A DNA stretch of 64,000 nucleotides from Mobula hypostoma. Taxonomy: Eukaryota. Position 1 is the stretch's first letter, and the number at the start of each line of letters is the position of its first letter. The notes below the pieces were generated by a model. The model was not told the DNA's origin, ran no database searches, and was given only the letters and a program-made list of their open reading frames with translations. Shown here in pieces: positions 1-12,770 of the stretch. A program made the position numbers and the translations under genes. The stretch covers positions 7,874,001 through 7,938,000 of the forward strand of contig NC_086125.1 of assembly GCF_963921235.1 (NCBI RefSeq), in the 5' to 3' direction.

Positions 1-2600
1 CTCCTGTTTAACACACCTGGGTGTTGACTCATTGTTCTTTCCCTTCTTCTCCAGACAAATTTTCTGAACGGTGTATCTGTACAAATGACTTGGCCATGAT
101 CTCAGCCTTATCCCTACTGGAGACTGCCGTTTCCTCCTCAGATATCATTACTGGATATTCCCATTCCCTTCTATCTCCTCCCATCCTCTTAATCATTCCC
201 CATACCTCTCCCACAGGTGTTGTGCTTCCTATTTTGTTGCAAAAGCTCCTCCAACTTGCCCTTTTAGCTTGACGTATAGTTCTTCTCACCACTGCCTGTG
301 CTTTCTTATATTAATATTTATATTAAATGCTGCATATTATGGGTTCTTTTAACCAACCTGAATGCTCTATTTCTGTTTTTTACAGCCTGACAACATTCCT
401 CTGTCCGCTGTGGTACCAGTTTTCTATTCATCCTATTTTTACTCCTAGGTATAGATCCTTCTGCTGCCATAATAATTGCTGAAGTCACCTGGCTGTTTTA
501 TTCATCTATATTTCCAGAAATATCAATCTTTGTCAATGCTTCTTCACTCAACTTCTGGAACTTACTCCAGTCTGCTTTTCCAAACACCCACTTTGGGGTT
601 CCGCCATCTCATCTTAATTCAACTCTTTCACCCACTGAACGTAAAACTGGGTAGTGTTCACTGCCTACTGTTGAAGCAGTCCAAACTCCCCAGTTACTAA
701 CGGCAGCCAACATATTAGACACTAACATAATATCTAATACTGACTCAGTTCCTGTTGTTATGTCTATCCTTGTGCCTCTACCATCATTCATACACACCAA
801 ATCCCTTTCTTCTATCAAATCTTCAATTACCTTTCCATTTGGATCTGTAATCTGATCCCCCCTTATTGTGCTATGAGCATTGAAATTTGCACACCACACT
901 ACTTTATGGCTGTTTTGTCCTTGTATCCTTAATAGGCTGTCCAAATCCAACCTTTTACATGGATTGTAGTAGTTAATTATAACCACTCCCTCCCCTCTCT
1001 CCCACACTTCCACCACTATGTATTCCTGATCATTTCCTTTTTCCAGTACCGTATATGGTATACCTTGCTTGATTAACATAGCACAACCCCCTTCTCCCCA
1101 TAGATTTCTATCTTTCCTTATCATTGTATACCCATATACCACAAAGTCTAAAGTTGGTTTCAACAAGTTTCCTGAATACACACTACAACCATTTCTTTAA
1201 TAAAGTGCTTGAATTCCTGGCTATTGACCAGTAAGCTCCTTGCATTCCATTGTAAAAGAATCACCATAATTAGTATTAACCAACTCATGACACTTTCTGG
1301 CTTGACTGATTAGTGAGGTTCTCCCTCACTTCCTCTCATGTCAGTCCTACTAACCCTAAATGGTTTACTGCTGCTTTTACCACCAGCTGAATTTTGTCAC
1401 TTTTTGACTTTACCTCAGCAGTACTATTAATCACTGCTGCAATGAATGTTACTAGAGCCTTTTTGTCTACATAAATCCTGTCATTCGTTCTTTGTTGCAT
1501 CTCTCGTATCCCTATTGCTCCCTGTTCGTTAGGAGCATTATTCTGTTCTCTTGACATTCTTACAGCTTCTGCATGAGTGATCTTTCTTTTCACTCTTATT
1601 TCTTGAATTTTATTCTCCCGTCTCATAACCTCACACCCACCATATGCCACATTATGAGCTCCTCCACAATTGCAGCATTTTGGTTGCACTCCTGTTCCGC
1701 ACTTTCCATATTCATGATCACCCCCACATCTAGCACATCTCCTCTGCCTTTTACAGTTTTTAGCTATGCGTCCAAACCTTTGACAATTATAGCACCTCAG
1801 TGGCTTTGGCACATACACCCTTACTGGGTAACTCATGAAACCCAGGAACACCTTCCTTGGCACTCTTTCTTCTTCAAATTCAACCAATACTGATTCACTT
1901 TCCTTTTTCACTCCCTCCTTTGTTGTTTTCAGTCTTTGAACGTTCATTACTTTCCCTCCTTTGATATTCCTCTTTAACTCCTCCATATTTATACTCATTG
2001 GTATCCCCGTGATCACTCCCTTACAACCACTATTTTGTGCTCCCACCCTCCCTGTGTATTCCACCTTGCATTTTCCTATCTTTTAGCTTGAGTGCTTTCT
2101 CAAGTTGTTCCTCATTCACACATCTTACCAATAAGTTGCCGTCATTAAGGACTTTTGCAAATACTATTTCCCCTATCTTATTTGTCAGAGTTGTTGTTAG
2201 CACAAACAGGTTAATTTTCTTCATATGTTCCTGAGCTTTCTCATTAAACCTAATTATGACAACACCTTCTCTCTGAACTTGTTCATCTTCCTCACTTTCA
2301 GAGCTCTCTCCACTGTCATTTCTTATTCTTTTATTCCCTTTGTCTCAGTTTTCATTCATCCATCCCCTCACTATCTCATTCCCTTTATTTCTCCCTTCAC
2401 AATAATCCATCTCTCCCCAGCTGCCTACCTCTGATCCTAAATCCCTACCCCACTCCTTCTCCACTTTGTTTCCCTCAACCCCCCATCTTGTCCACCATTA
2501 CCAGACCCACACAACCCCCTCCCAGTAATTCCCATTCCTTCCCCACTCTCTTTCCCTCAACAAGTTCCAAACCACATTCACACATCAATTCCCAGCCAGC
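1..2600 (-). mobile_element. Nimb/I-clade LINE, 5' part (ORF1 plus start of ORF2), decayed; continues off the left edge
   Basis: ORF1 pieces 2030-2224 and 1336-2064 (frameshifted) carry three zinc knuckles (CYNCQRF..C, CARCGGDH..C, CCNCGGAH..C). The APE endonuclease starts near 1250 (LQWNARSL; NFNAHS and SEHYPV motifs in ORF 609-1181). The linker WRSFCNKI is in ORF 29-292. Confidence 0.85.
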
Positions 2601-3802
2601 AGCCCACACTCAACCTCAAAATTGCAAGCCCAAAGATGGGAATCAGGTGTCTATGATTAACTCAAACAAGGGACAGCTGGAAGACCTGGAGTCCTGAGTC
2701 CACGGACCGGACAGTGAACCGGAATGCAGACTCCACGGACTGGACCATGACAGGCTGGCTCAGCTCCTGCAGTGGTATGTTGAGGTTACGGGCAGTCCCC
2801 AAATCCAGGAAATTACCAGTTGCCCTTGGGTCCAAACAAAGAATTCTCCTTTTGTGGATTCTTTCCCCAGGAGATCTCTGCCTTCAGCGTGACACCGAAA
2901 CCTGTGGGGTTGGGAGTGGTGACTGCAACCATCACAGTCCACCCGACACTGAACTTCGGACATTCGGCCCGCAGTAATATCAGCAACCCCAACTCTAACG
3001 CAGGAACCTCTCATCGATGGAGGGTCTGGCGTGCCCGGTTTGCATGGGTTGACAGGATCCGAAACAGGAGATGGGCTAGTCATTGTCAGAGGTTGTGACG
3101 TGGAACTGTGACACGTTGAGGCCGGGCTCGGATTAGCCCTCTCCGACCTTTTGAGGTAGTCCTACTCTCGCTCTGGCAAGCGATTATCAAGGCGGTGGAC
3201 TGATCAATCAGAGCCTCCAGGTCCTCTACCAGCTTCCCCAAGCCAAGGGCATCATTTAATTTGCTTGGGCGGCTGTGGTGGTAGAGAGTGACCAAGACCA
3301 CTCTTGGACCAAAGTCCGGCTGCTGACCAACTACCCTGACACACCTTCATCAGATGGTCCGATCTCTGTTTGCTTCAGCGGGATGATGGAACGCCCTCCT
3401 CATGGCACCCATGATTTTCTCCAAATCGGAGCAAATCTCCGACCTTCGCACCCAATGCGCGGTGGCTCAGGTGAGGGCTCTCCCGGTCAGGACAGAGGTC
3501 ATTAAGGCCATCTTTCTGCTCTCCAAAGAGTAGTGGGACGGCTGGCAGTTGAACACCAATGAATATTGAGTAAAGAAGCCATGGCAAGAGACCAGGTCAT
3601 TACTGAATCTCTCTGGGGCCGGAAGCTGTACTGGCACTGCAGAGCAACCCATAGCCTCACCCGAATGACTCTGGAGTTCTCCCTTTGATAGTTAGCACAT
3701 GACAACCTGGAGGTGGTGTATCTCCAGGCTCTGTCTTGACATCTTCTTGCTGTGGCTGGCCACAGCTGACAAAAGGGCTCCAATACCCCACTGGATCCAT
3801 GT
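2600..3802 (-). mobile_element. Internally deleted Ty3/Gypsy (PEG10/RTL1-like gag) element: gag remnant, pol remnant and start of the 3' LTR
   Basis: ATGGATCCAG at 3800. ORF 3467-3652 reads PERFSNDLVSCHGFFTQYSLVFNCQP..RKMALMTSVLTGRALT, matching the retrotransposon gag pattern PERF..CRGF.TQC.L.F..QP..K.A...SLLTGRAL.W. The LTR start TGTCATGGTCC at 2752 resembles the LTR starts at 20506 and 44258. Confidence 0.7.
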
Positions 3803-6726
3803 TATAGGAAACATGAAATAGGAATTGATATGAAAGGTGAAGGGAGTAATGAATTAGAAATATTATATATGAATGCACAAAATATAGGAAATAAAGTAGA
3901 TGAGCTTGGGGCACAGTTGGAAATTGGCAAGTATGATGTTGTGGGAATAGCAGAGACATGGCTTCAAGTGGACAGGACCTGGGAAATGAATATTCAAGGG
4001 TATACGTCCTATCGAAAAGTCAGACTGATGGGCCGAGGGAGTGGGGTGGCTCTGTTGGTGAGGAATGATATTCAGTCCCTTGCAAGAGGGGACATAGAAT
4101 CAGGAGATGTAGAGTCAGTATGGATAGAACTGAGAAATTCTAAGGGTGGAAAGACCCTAATGGGAGTTATCTACAGGCCCACAAACAGTAGTCTGGATGA
4201 AGGGTGTAAGTTGAATCAAGAGTTAAAATTGGCATGTCGCAAAGATAATGCTACAGTTGTTATGGGGGATTTCAACATGCAGGTAGACTGGAAGAATCAG
4301 GTCGGTACTGGACCCCAAGAAAGGGAGTTTGCGGAGTCCTTCCGAGATGGATTCTTAGAACAGCTTGTACTGGAGCCTACCAGAGAGAAGGCAATTCTAG
4401 ATTTAGTGTTGTGCAATGAACCAGATTTGATCAGGGACCTCGAGGTAAAGGAGCCATTAGGAGGTAGTGACCATAATATGATAAGTTTTAATCTACAAAT
4501 CGAGAGGGAGGAGGGAAAATCAGAGGTGTCAGTATTACAATTGAACAAAGGGAACTATGGTGCTATGAGGGAGGAGATGGCCAAAGTTCAATGGAACAAT
4601 ACCCTAGCAGGGATGACAGTGGAACAACAATGGCAGGTATTTCTGGGAATAATGCAGAAGGTGCAGGATCAGTTCATTCCAAAGAGGAAGAAAGATCCTA
4701 AGGGGAGTAAGGAGAGGCCGTGGCTGACAAGGGAAGTAAAGGACAGTATAAAGATAAGAGAGAAGTACAGCATAGCAAAAATGAGTGGGAAGCCGGAGGA
4801 TTGGGAAACTTTTAAAGAGCAACAGAAGATAACTAAAAAGGCAATACGCGGAGAAAAAACGAGGTACAAAGGTAAACTAGCCAAGAATATAACGGAGGAT
4901 AGTAAAAGCTTCTTTAGGTATGTGAAAAGGAAAAAAATAGTTAAGACCAAAACTGGGCCCTTGAAGACAGAAAAAGGTGAATTTATTATGGGGAACAAGG
5001 AAATGGCAGACGAGTTGAACAGGTACTTTGGATCTGTCTTCACTAGGGAAGACACAAACAATCTCCCAGATGTAATAGTGGCCAAAGGACCTAGGGTAAT
5101 GGATGAACTGAAGGAAATTTATATTAGGCAGGAAATGGTGTTGGATAGACTGTTGGGTCTGAAGGCTGATAAGTCCCCGGGACCTGATGGTCTGCATCCC
5201 AGGGTACTTAAGGAGGTGGCTTTAGAAATTGTGGACGCATTGGTAATCATTTTCCAATGTTCAATAGATTCAGGATCAGTTCCTGTGGATTGGAGGGTGG
5301 CTAATGTTGTCCCACTTTCCAAGAAAGGAGGGAGAGAGAAAACAGGGAATTATAGACCAGTTAGCCTGACTTCAGTGGTGGGAATGATGCTGAAGTCAAT
5401 TATAAAAGATGAAATTACGACATATTTGGATGGCAGTAACAGGATAGGTCCGAGTCAGCATGGATTTACGAAGGGGAAATCGTGCTTGACTAATCTTCTG
5501 GAATTTTTTGAAGATGTAACTATGAAACTGGACAAGGGAAAGCCAGTGGATGTAGTGTACCTGGACTTTCAGAAATCCTGTGATAAAGTCCCACATAGGA
5601 GATTAGTGGGCAAAATTAAGGCACATGGTATTGGGGCAGAGTACCAACATGGTTCGAAAATTGGCTGGTTGACAGGAAACAAAGAGTAGCGATTAATGGG
5701 TCCCTTTCGGAATGGTAGGTGGTGACCAGTGGGGTACCGCAGCAGTTTACAATATACATTAATGATTTAGATGAAGAGATTAAAAGTAGCATTAGCAAAT
5801 TTGCAGATGGCACAAAGCTGGGTGGGAGTGTGAAATGTGAGGAGGATGTTATGAGAATGCAGTGTGATTTGGACAGGCTGGGTGAGTGGGCGAATGCATG
5901 GCAGATGCAGTTTAATGTGGATAAATGTAAGGTTATCCACTTTGCTGGTAAGAACAGGAAGGCAGATTATTATCTAAATTGAGTCAATTTAGGAAAAGGG
6001 GAAGTACAATGAGATCTCGGTGTTCTTGTACATCAGTCACTGAAAGCAAGCATGCAGGTACAGCAGGCAGTGAAGAAAGCTAATGGCATGCTGGCCTTCA
6101 TAACAAGGGTAATTGAGTATAGGAGCAAAGAGGTCCTTCTGCAGCTGTACAGGGCCCTGGTGAGACCACACCTGGAGTATTGTGTGCAGTTTTGGTCTCC
6201 AAATTTGAGGAAGGACATTCTTGCTATTGAGGGAGTGAAGCTTAGGTTCACAAGGTTAATTCCTGGGATGGCGGGACTGTCATATGTCAAAAGATTGGAG
6301 TGACTGGGCTTGTATGCACTGGAATTTAGAAGGATGAGAGGGGATCTGATTGAAACATATAAGATTATTAAGGGATTGGATACGCTGGAGGCAGGAAGCA
6401 TGTTCCCGCTGATGGGTGAGTCCAGAATCAGAGGCCACAGTTTAAGAGTAAGGGGTAGACCATTTAGAACGGAATTGAGGAAAACTTTTTCACCCCGAGA
6501 GTGGTGGATATGTGGAATGCTCTGCCCCGGAAGGCAGTGGAGGCGAAGTCTCTGGATGTTTTCAAGAAAGAGATGGATAGAGCTCTTAAAGATAGTGGAA
6601 TCAAAGGTTATGGGGATAAAGCAGGAACTGGATACTGATTGTGGATGATCAGCCATGATCACAATGAATGGTGGTTCTGTCTCGAAGGGCCGAATGGCCT
6701 ACTCCTGCACCTATTGTCTATTGTCT
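3803..6726 (+). mobile_element. CR1 LINE, 5'-truncated, near-complete but inactivated ORF2 (APE-RT)
   Basis: 619-aa ORF 3830-5689 has APE motifs (YMNAQNI, AETW, GDFN, SDHN) and RT motifs (YRPVSLTS, QHGF, YLDFQK). It frameshifts near 5640, lacks GSVLGP after VPQ, has FADG in place of FADD, and has later stops. The 3' tail is (ATTGTCT)n at about 6711-6726. Confidence 0.92.
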
Positions 6727-7275
6727 CAATCGTACCATGATGAGGCCCCTAGGCGGGATAGTAAGGACACAGGTGCTGGAGTATCCGAGACCGGATACGA
6801 GAACGAGAAGAAGACAGGGTTCTAAACTAAACGCAAGATGAGAATCCAAAATTGAACTGACAATCGACCACAGAACCTTCTTGTTCTGACTCTTAATGGC
6901 AGGTGGCAGTCCAACTTAAAGGTGCATTACCGCCACCAACTGGACTGGTGTGGTGTAGAGAGTTGGGAAATAAAATCCCTACTAGTTCTTTATCAACTGA
7001 AAACCAAATTACTCCAAAATGCCCTGTAGATTTTAAATAACGGAAAATAAACAATGTTGTGAATTAAAGGTCTCGGATACTCCAGCACCTGTGTCCTTAC
7101 TATCCCGCCTAGGGGCCTCATCATGGTACGATTGAGACAATAGACAATAGGTGCAGGAGCAGGCCATTCGGCCCTTCGAGACAGAACCACCATTCATTGT
7201 GATCATGGCTGATCATCCACAATCAGTATCCAGTTCCTGCTTTATCCCCATTACCTTTGATTCCACTATCTTTAA
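6586..7275. repeat. Long inverted repeat: 207-bp arms at 6586-6792 and 7069-7275 with a 276-bp spacer
   Basis: Direct comparison shows the right arm is the reverse complement of the left arm, with about 2 mismatches. Confidence 0.95.
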
Positions 7276-10200
7276 ACAATGTGGTAAATGAAAACTGAAA
7301 AATAAATTTTTTTTAAATGAAAACTGTCAAACCCCAAAGATAATAGTCCATCTTGCATTTGCTTTCTTTCAACCTGATAAGCTAAAATAGCGTGTTAAAC
7401 TGTTTCATAATAACAAAAGCTACACATCCCAGAGTGATGTTTTTCAACAAGCTAAAAGGAGTAATTAAGCTTAATATGCCCAATCAATCTGCTCATTCCC
7501 CTCAACACCCCTCTGTGCAGAGACCCATAAGAAGTAGACATGTAAATCAATACTTTGAATATGAAATAAAGTTTGAAGAACTTCCAGCAGTAAATCTGAC
7601 CTACTGCTAGAATGACCTGTTTTCAGACTAGTCAAAACTGAAAAAGAATCTGAACAAATTATAACTTTCCAACGATGGATTTCCTCCACCCAGTGATGGC
7701 AACCAGCTCTGCAGTCTATACTGATAAATGTTAATAAGACATTTCTTCGTTACTTGTAACTCAGGCACAAAACAGCCACACTGACATTCCCTGTTAAATT
7801 ATCTTTCGATCCATCCGTAAAAATGGTTAGTATATCACAATAATTTTCCTTAACATATTGATGAACCAACAGACTCTCAGGCATTTCAGGATCCTTGGAC
7901 TTCATTAAATCATGCAACCTAAGATCAACTATGGTCATTGGAAAAAAACACAGTGGGGTTACCAAAAAAGCTGCAGTGGGACATCTTGCATAATCCAGCA
8001 AACTCATATTCCTAACGTGATAAGAACCCAACCACATAAAAACTAAAAACACTCTTCTTGTGATGTTCCCAACAGACTTCCAACACACTTTTTAAACAGG
8101 GAGATCATTTCTCTGCCCTCTCAAATCAATCCGGTATGTTAACAACAACGTCAGCCTCCACAACTGTAAGGGTAGTTGTCTTATTTCAACAAGTAAAGCT
8201 GAAACAGGGGACAGCCTTACTGCACCCCAACACAGTCTTAACATCTGTGCTTGGATCACATCCAAACATTTTAAATTTGAAGACGAAGCTGATCCATAAG
8301 CCATAATCAAGTACAGATCGAAATAAACAAATATAAAATAGGTAAAATATAAATAAACAGGTTCTCCGAGGATCTGTTCTGGGACCCCTCCTCTTTGTGA
8401 TTTTTATAAATGACCTGAATGAGGAAGTAGAAGGGTGGGTTAGTAAGTTTGCTGATGACACAAAAGTTGGGGGTGTTGTGGATGGTCTGGAAGGTTGTCA
8501 GAGATTACAGCGCAACGTCGATAGGATGCAGAACTGGGCTGAGAAGTGGCAGATGGAGTTCAACTCAGATAAGTGTGAAGTGGTTCATTTTAGTAGGTCC
8601 AACTTGAAGACAGAATATAATACTAATGGTAATACTCTTGGCAGTGCATAGGATCAGAGAGATCTTGGGGTCCATATCCATAGGACACTCAAAGCTGCTG
8701 CGCAGGTTGACAGTGTTGTTACGGCGGCGTATGGTGTGTTGGCCTCCATCTCATCAACCGCTGGGTTCAAGTGCTGTGAGGTAATGTAACAGCTATAAAA
8801 GACCTTAGTTAGACCCCACTTGGAGTACTGTGTTCACTTCTGGTTACCTCACTGCAGGAAGGATGTGGATACTATAGAGAGAGTGTAGAGGAGATTTACA
8901 AGGACGTTGCCTGGATTGGAGAGCATGCCTTATGAGAATAGGTTGAGTGGACTTGGCCTTTTCTCCTTGGAGCAGTGGAGGATGAGACGTGACCTGAGAG
9001 AGATGTATAAGATGATGAGAGGCATTGATCGTGTAAGTAACAAGAGGTTTTTTTCCAAGGGTTGAAATGGTTAACACGAGGGGCATAGTTTTAACATGCC
9101 TGGAAGTAGGTACAGAGGGGATGTCAGAGGTAAGTTTTTCACACAGAGAGTGATTGGTGCATGGAATGCACTGCCGGCGGTGGTGATAGAGATGGATACA
9201 TTAGATTCTTATAAGAGATTCCTAGATAGACACATGGGACCTGGAAAAATAGAGGGCTATTCAGTGGGAAAATTCTAGGCAGTTTCTAGAGTAGGTTACA
9301 TGATCGGCACAATGTTGTGAGCCGAAGGGCCTGTAATGTGCTGTAGATTCCTATGTTCTATATTCTATGTAAATGGTTAGAGATTTTTTGTGTAGCACCC
9401 CAAGAATACCCACATAGACACCTAAGGATATTTAATGCCCCTCTACATTTGTTAATTATTTTACTGATATGGTGCTTCCATATCAGCTTATAATCAGACA
9501 CAGGCCAAAACTTCTTACCATTGACACTTCAAGTGTTTTGACCTTATTATTTCAAATTAAGTGCAGGTCTATAAACCTTTTTGTAAGACATTTAATGTGT
9601 TTTAGCTACTGAGAGCTTTAAAACTTCATCTATTTTACTCACTGTTCAACCTTTTTAATTGCAAATTACATCCTATATACAGTTAAGTTGAAATTTCTAC
9701 CTCTGATCCATAATGCTCCATCATCTGCAAAAAGTGATTTACCCACCTCAGTATCTATCTCAGAAAAAATATCATTAATCATAATAGTAAAACAATAAAG
9801 GGCTATAAATACTGCCTTGTGGGGTCCCATTCTCCATCTCATAGAAGCCTGAGTATACTTTCCCTACCTTTACCTGGATAGACAAACCAAATAAAAAAAT
9901 CAGAAGAAAATTATATAGTCTTCCTCTCACTCCTAATTTCTGTAATTTATTTGAAAGATCCTCTTCCCATAACATATCATATGCTTTGCCCTTAGCAAAA
10001 AATACTGCTAATACAACTTTTATTTACCTGTGCTTTCCAAATATCATCTTTCAAACATAAAACTCAACGCAATGTCATTCTACCCTTCCAAAATCGGTTC
10101 TGATAAAACATTATATCACCTCTTTTTTTTTGAAATATTAATTCAACTGCTCCACTATTGTGCATTCCATAAGTTTACACAAGTGAGACTTTAATGATAT

Positions 10201-12240
10201 TGGTCTATAACTAGAAGGATCTGATGGGGGTTTCCCAGGTTTTAGAATAGGCACTACTTCTGCCATTTTCCATGAGGAGAGGAGATAGTCTAAACTCCAA
10301 GTGAGATTGGAAAATTGTAATATTATCTCGAGAGCTGTTGGCCATATGTTTAAACATACAATAACATACATCATCCTTTCCTGGAGCCATCTGATCTGCA
10401 CTATTAATAGCTTTCTTAAATTCACACAAAGAAAATCGATATCACCAATACTATCATTGCTACAGCTGGCTTCCGACATATGCTTTCCAACAAATCAATC
10501 GAAAGCTTTCCAGAAGTGTTGTAAAAATTTACTGCTTTAATGCCCCTACCAGTTGAATCAAGTACTTCAATTACATCCACAAATCTATGTCCAATCCCTT
10601 TCCTCAGAAAACTTGCAACACCACCCTCTATACAAACTAATCTATCATGCCTAATTATAATATAATCCTGCAAGGAAAAACTTAAATGTGGTAACAACCA
10701 GGTTTCCTGAATGCATACAACATCAGTTGGATTTGATAAATCAGAAATAAATTTCTCAAAGTCTTGACCATTAGAAATCAGGCTTCTCGCATTCCACTGC
10801 AATATTCTTATACCGATTATGTACCTTCACAAGGAGACTGAAATACAGGTACCTCACCCATCAGAGCTTCATTCCCACATAACACCAGCCATATGCAGAT
10901 ACTTTTCAGCAGCTTTCACAGTAATTTTAATTTTCTCAGTAGGACTAGATGTCTGAGCATAACAATTCACCAAATCCGTGATGAACATCACAAACTTCAT
11001 TTTATCAACTAGGACGTATCTTTAGTAAGAGAAGTATGATGCTGACATATAGCTGCTGATTTCACATTCTGTTCTGACTGGTAATAGTTTATCAATGTTC
11101 GGTTTAACCTTTTGCAAGGCCTCTGCATAAGACACACTTAACTATACCTTAAGCTGTTCAACTTCAGCTGCCTTCACATCCTCTCTAAGCTCCGCTGCGG
11201 TCTCCTCCGCAATTACAACATTTAAACTTAACACTTATTTCATACTTATTTCCGCACCACACTTACTACACCTTAGTTTCCCACGGCATAGTGCCTCAAC
11301 ACGCCAAACCTCTGCACTTATAACATCTAAGCGGGGGTGGAATATCACCTTGATCATTATATCTAACATACTCCAAACTAACTATCAGGGAGATTCACTT
11401 CATAAACATATCAATACAGATAAACTATCCATCCTTTCCCTATTTCTGACTCCTGTCCTTGCAATCTCTTTACCTCCTTAACCTTGCCTCACAATAGATG
11501 AGATTTAACCTCTTCTATCAAAATTTCCACAGGAACACTCTTTATAACACCCCTAATACCTCTATTTTCATTTGGTAACATAGACACCATCTTTTTACCA
11601 AGTAAAGTCTTTAATTGTAATGTCTTCTCACACTGCTTATTATCCTTACAAATGATTAATATATTCCCTCCTCTTAAAGTACGAGTACAACCTATATTCC
11701 CTATGGCCAATTTTAATTCTGAAATTAATTTAATAGGATTGATCGAAGAAGGCTGTTCCTCGTCAAATTTAACCAGTACCTTGAAACCTTCTTTCCTTTT
11801 TTTTTTACAAAATATCTTGCCTTTCCTGTCTGTCACTTGAAATCATTCTAATATTAAGTTTCTTTTTTCATTTTCCAGATCTAGATTCCACTTCATTCCA
11901 ACCACCTTCCACCAACCCCCACTCACCCGAACCTTCTATTTGTGGTTTCTTTTCCAGATCCCCCCGCCTACCTGAACCTACACTATTTCCTAACATCCTC
12001 ACACTATCCACAGCCAGCACCACCAACCGCCACTCCTACAAGCCAAGCTCTCTCCAACCAAAAATCGAGCCGAGCCGAACCCACCAAAACCTGAGCAGAG
12101 AGCTTCAATTCAGGTTCTCTTTAAATATTAAATACTGGAGCCAAAACAGGGCTTCCAATTAGCAGGGCAGCCTGAATCTTCAAAGGGACCACGCCAGCTA
12201 TCCATATTCCAGAGAGCTAGAGCGTCTAAACCCCGGAAGT
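6877..12240 (-). mobile_element. Second Nimb/I-clade LINE, approximately full length, decayed and interrupted
   Basis: 5' end near 12240. ORF1 remnant 11489-11836, plus knuckle remnants at about 11200-11330. ORF2 begins QWNARSLISNGQDFEKF at 10802, with RT pieces (YRPISL, GTPQGS) at 9400-10480 and 8092-8357. RNase H (IICSDSFS..WVSAQRGVEGNE) is at 7471-7689. The 3' UTR motif GGTGGCGGTAATGCACC is at about 6920-6940. Confidence 0.8.
8358..9370 (+). mobile_element. CR1 3' fragment inserted into the RT of the Nimb element
   Basis: GSVLGPLLFVIFINDL..FADDTK in ORF 8397-8651, with a CTATGTT-type tail at about 9350-9370. The flanking Nimb RT reading continues on both sides. Confidence 0.88.
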
Positions 12241-12476
12241 TGATGAAATTGGGTGCATGTCCTAACACCTGCAGCCTTATGCTTATATTCCTTGATCACC
12301 ATTTTACAATTAAAAACTAAGTAATTTCACTGGGAAATGGCCCCATTGACTGGGGATGTTTTGTGATTTGGGCTACCAGTTCAATCAACAGAGATGCAAC
12401 TGCTTGAGGAAACACCACTGACTAACAACATGAAAATAAGTTTTCATCCTTGTCTGAGTGCAGTGAACATACTCAC

Positions 12477-12770
12477 CATAAACCTCAATGGAAATGCTAT
12501 CGTTCTTCAGTGGAATTGATGGATAATCCTCAAAATCTGCCGTGCAGGAGACTTCAGTCAGACCGGTCTCTCGTGGTGTCCATGTAGTTGTTCCCCTTAC
12601 TGTGGTGGAATTTGACTGATATGTTGCTGAATTCTGTTGTTCACCGTCGCAAAACCATCGTACTCTCACCTTCTCAGCTGGATAGACGTTTGGCACCTCA
12701 CATGTTAATGTGACCTCCTGATTCACTTCTACAAGGTCTCTGCTGAGGATCCTCGGAGGCTCTGGAAAAG
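12477..12770 (-). CDS. ICAM/VCAM-like gene copy A, exon 4 (Ig domain D3)
   Basis: Acceptor tgtcttgcag|CT and donor TATG|gtgagt; 294 bp, phase 1-1. Encodes (S)FPEPPRIL..TLTCEVPNVYP..WF..VSCTADF..IEVY, an Ig fold. Confidence 0.9.

Noticed and set aside
3830-5689. Potentially active CR1 ORF2
   Set aside because: It has a frameshift near 5640, a deletion in the PQG motif, FADG at the catalytic site, downstream stops and no ORF1.
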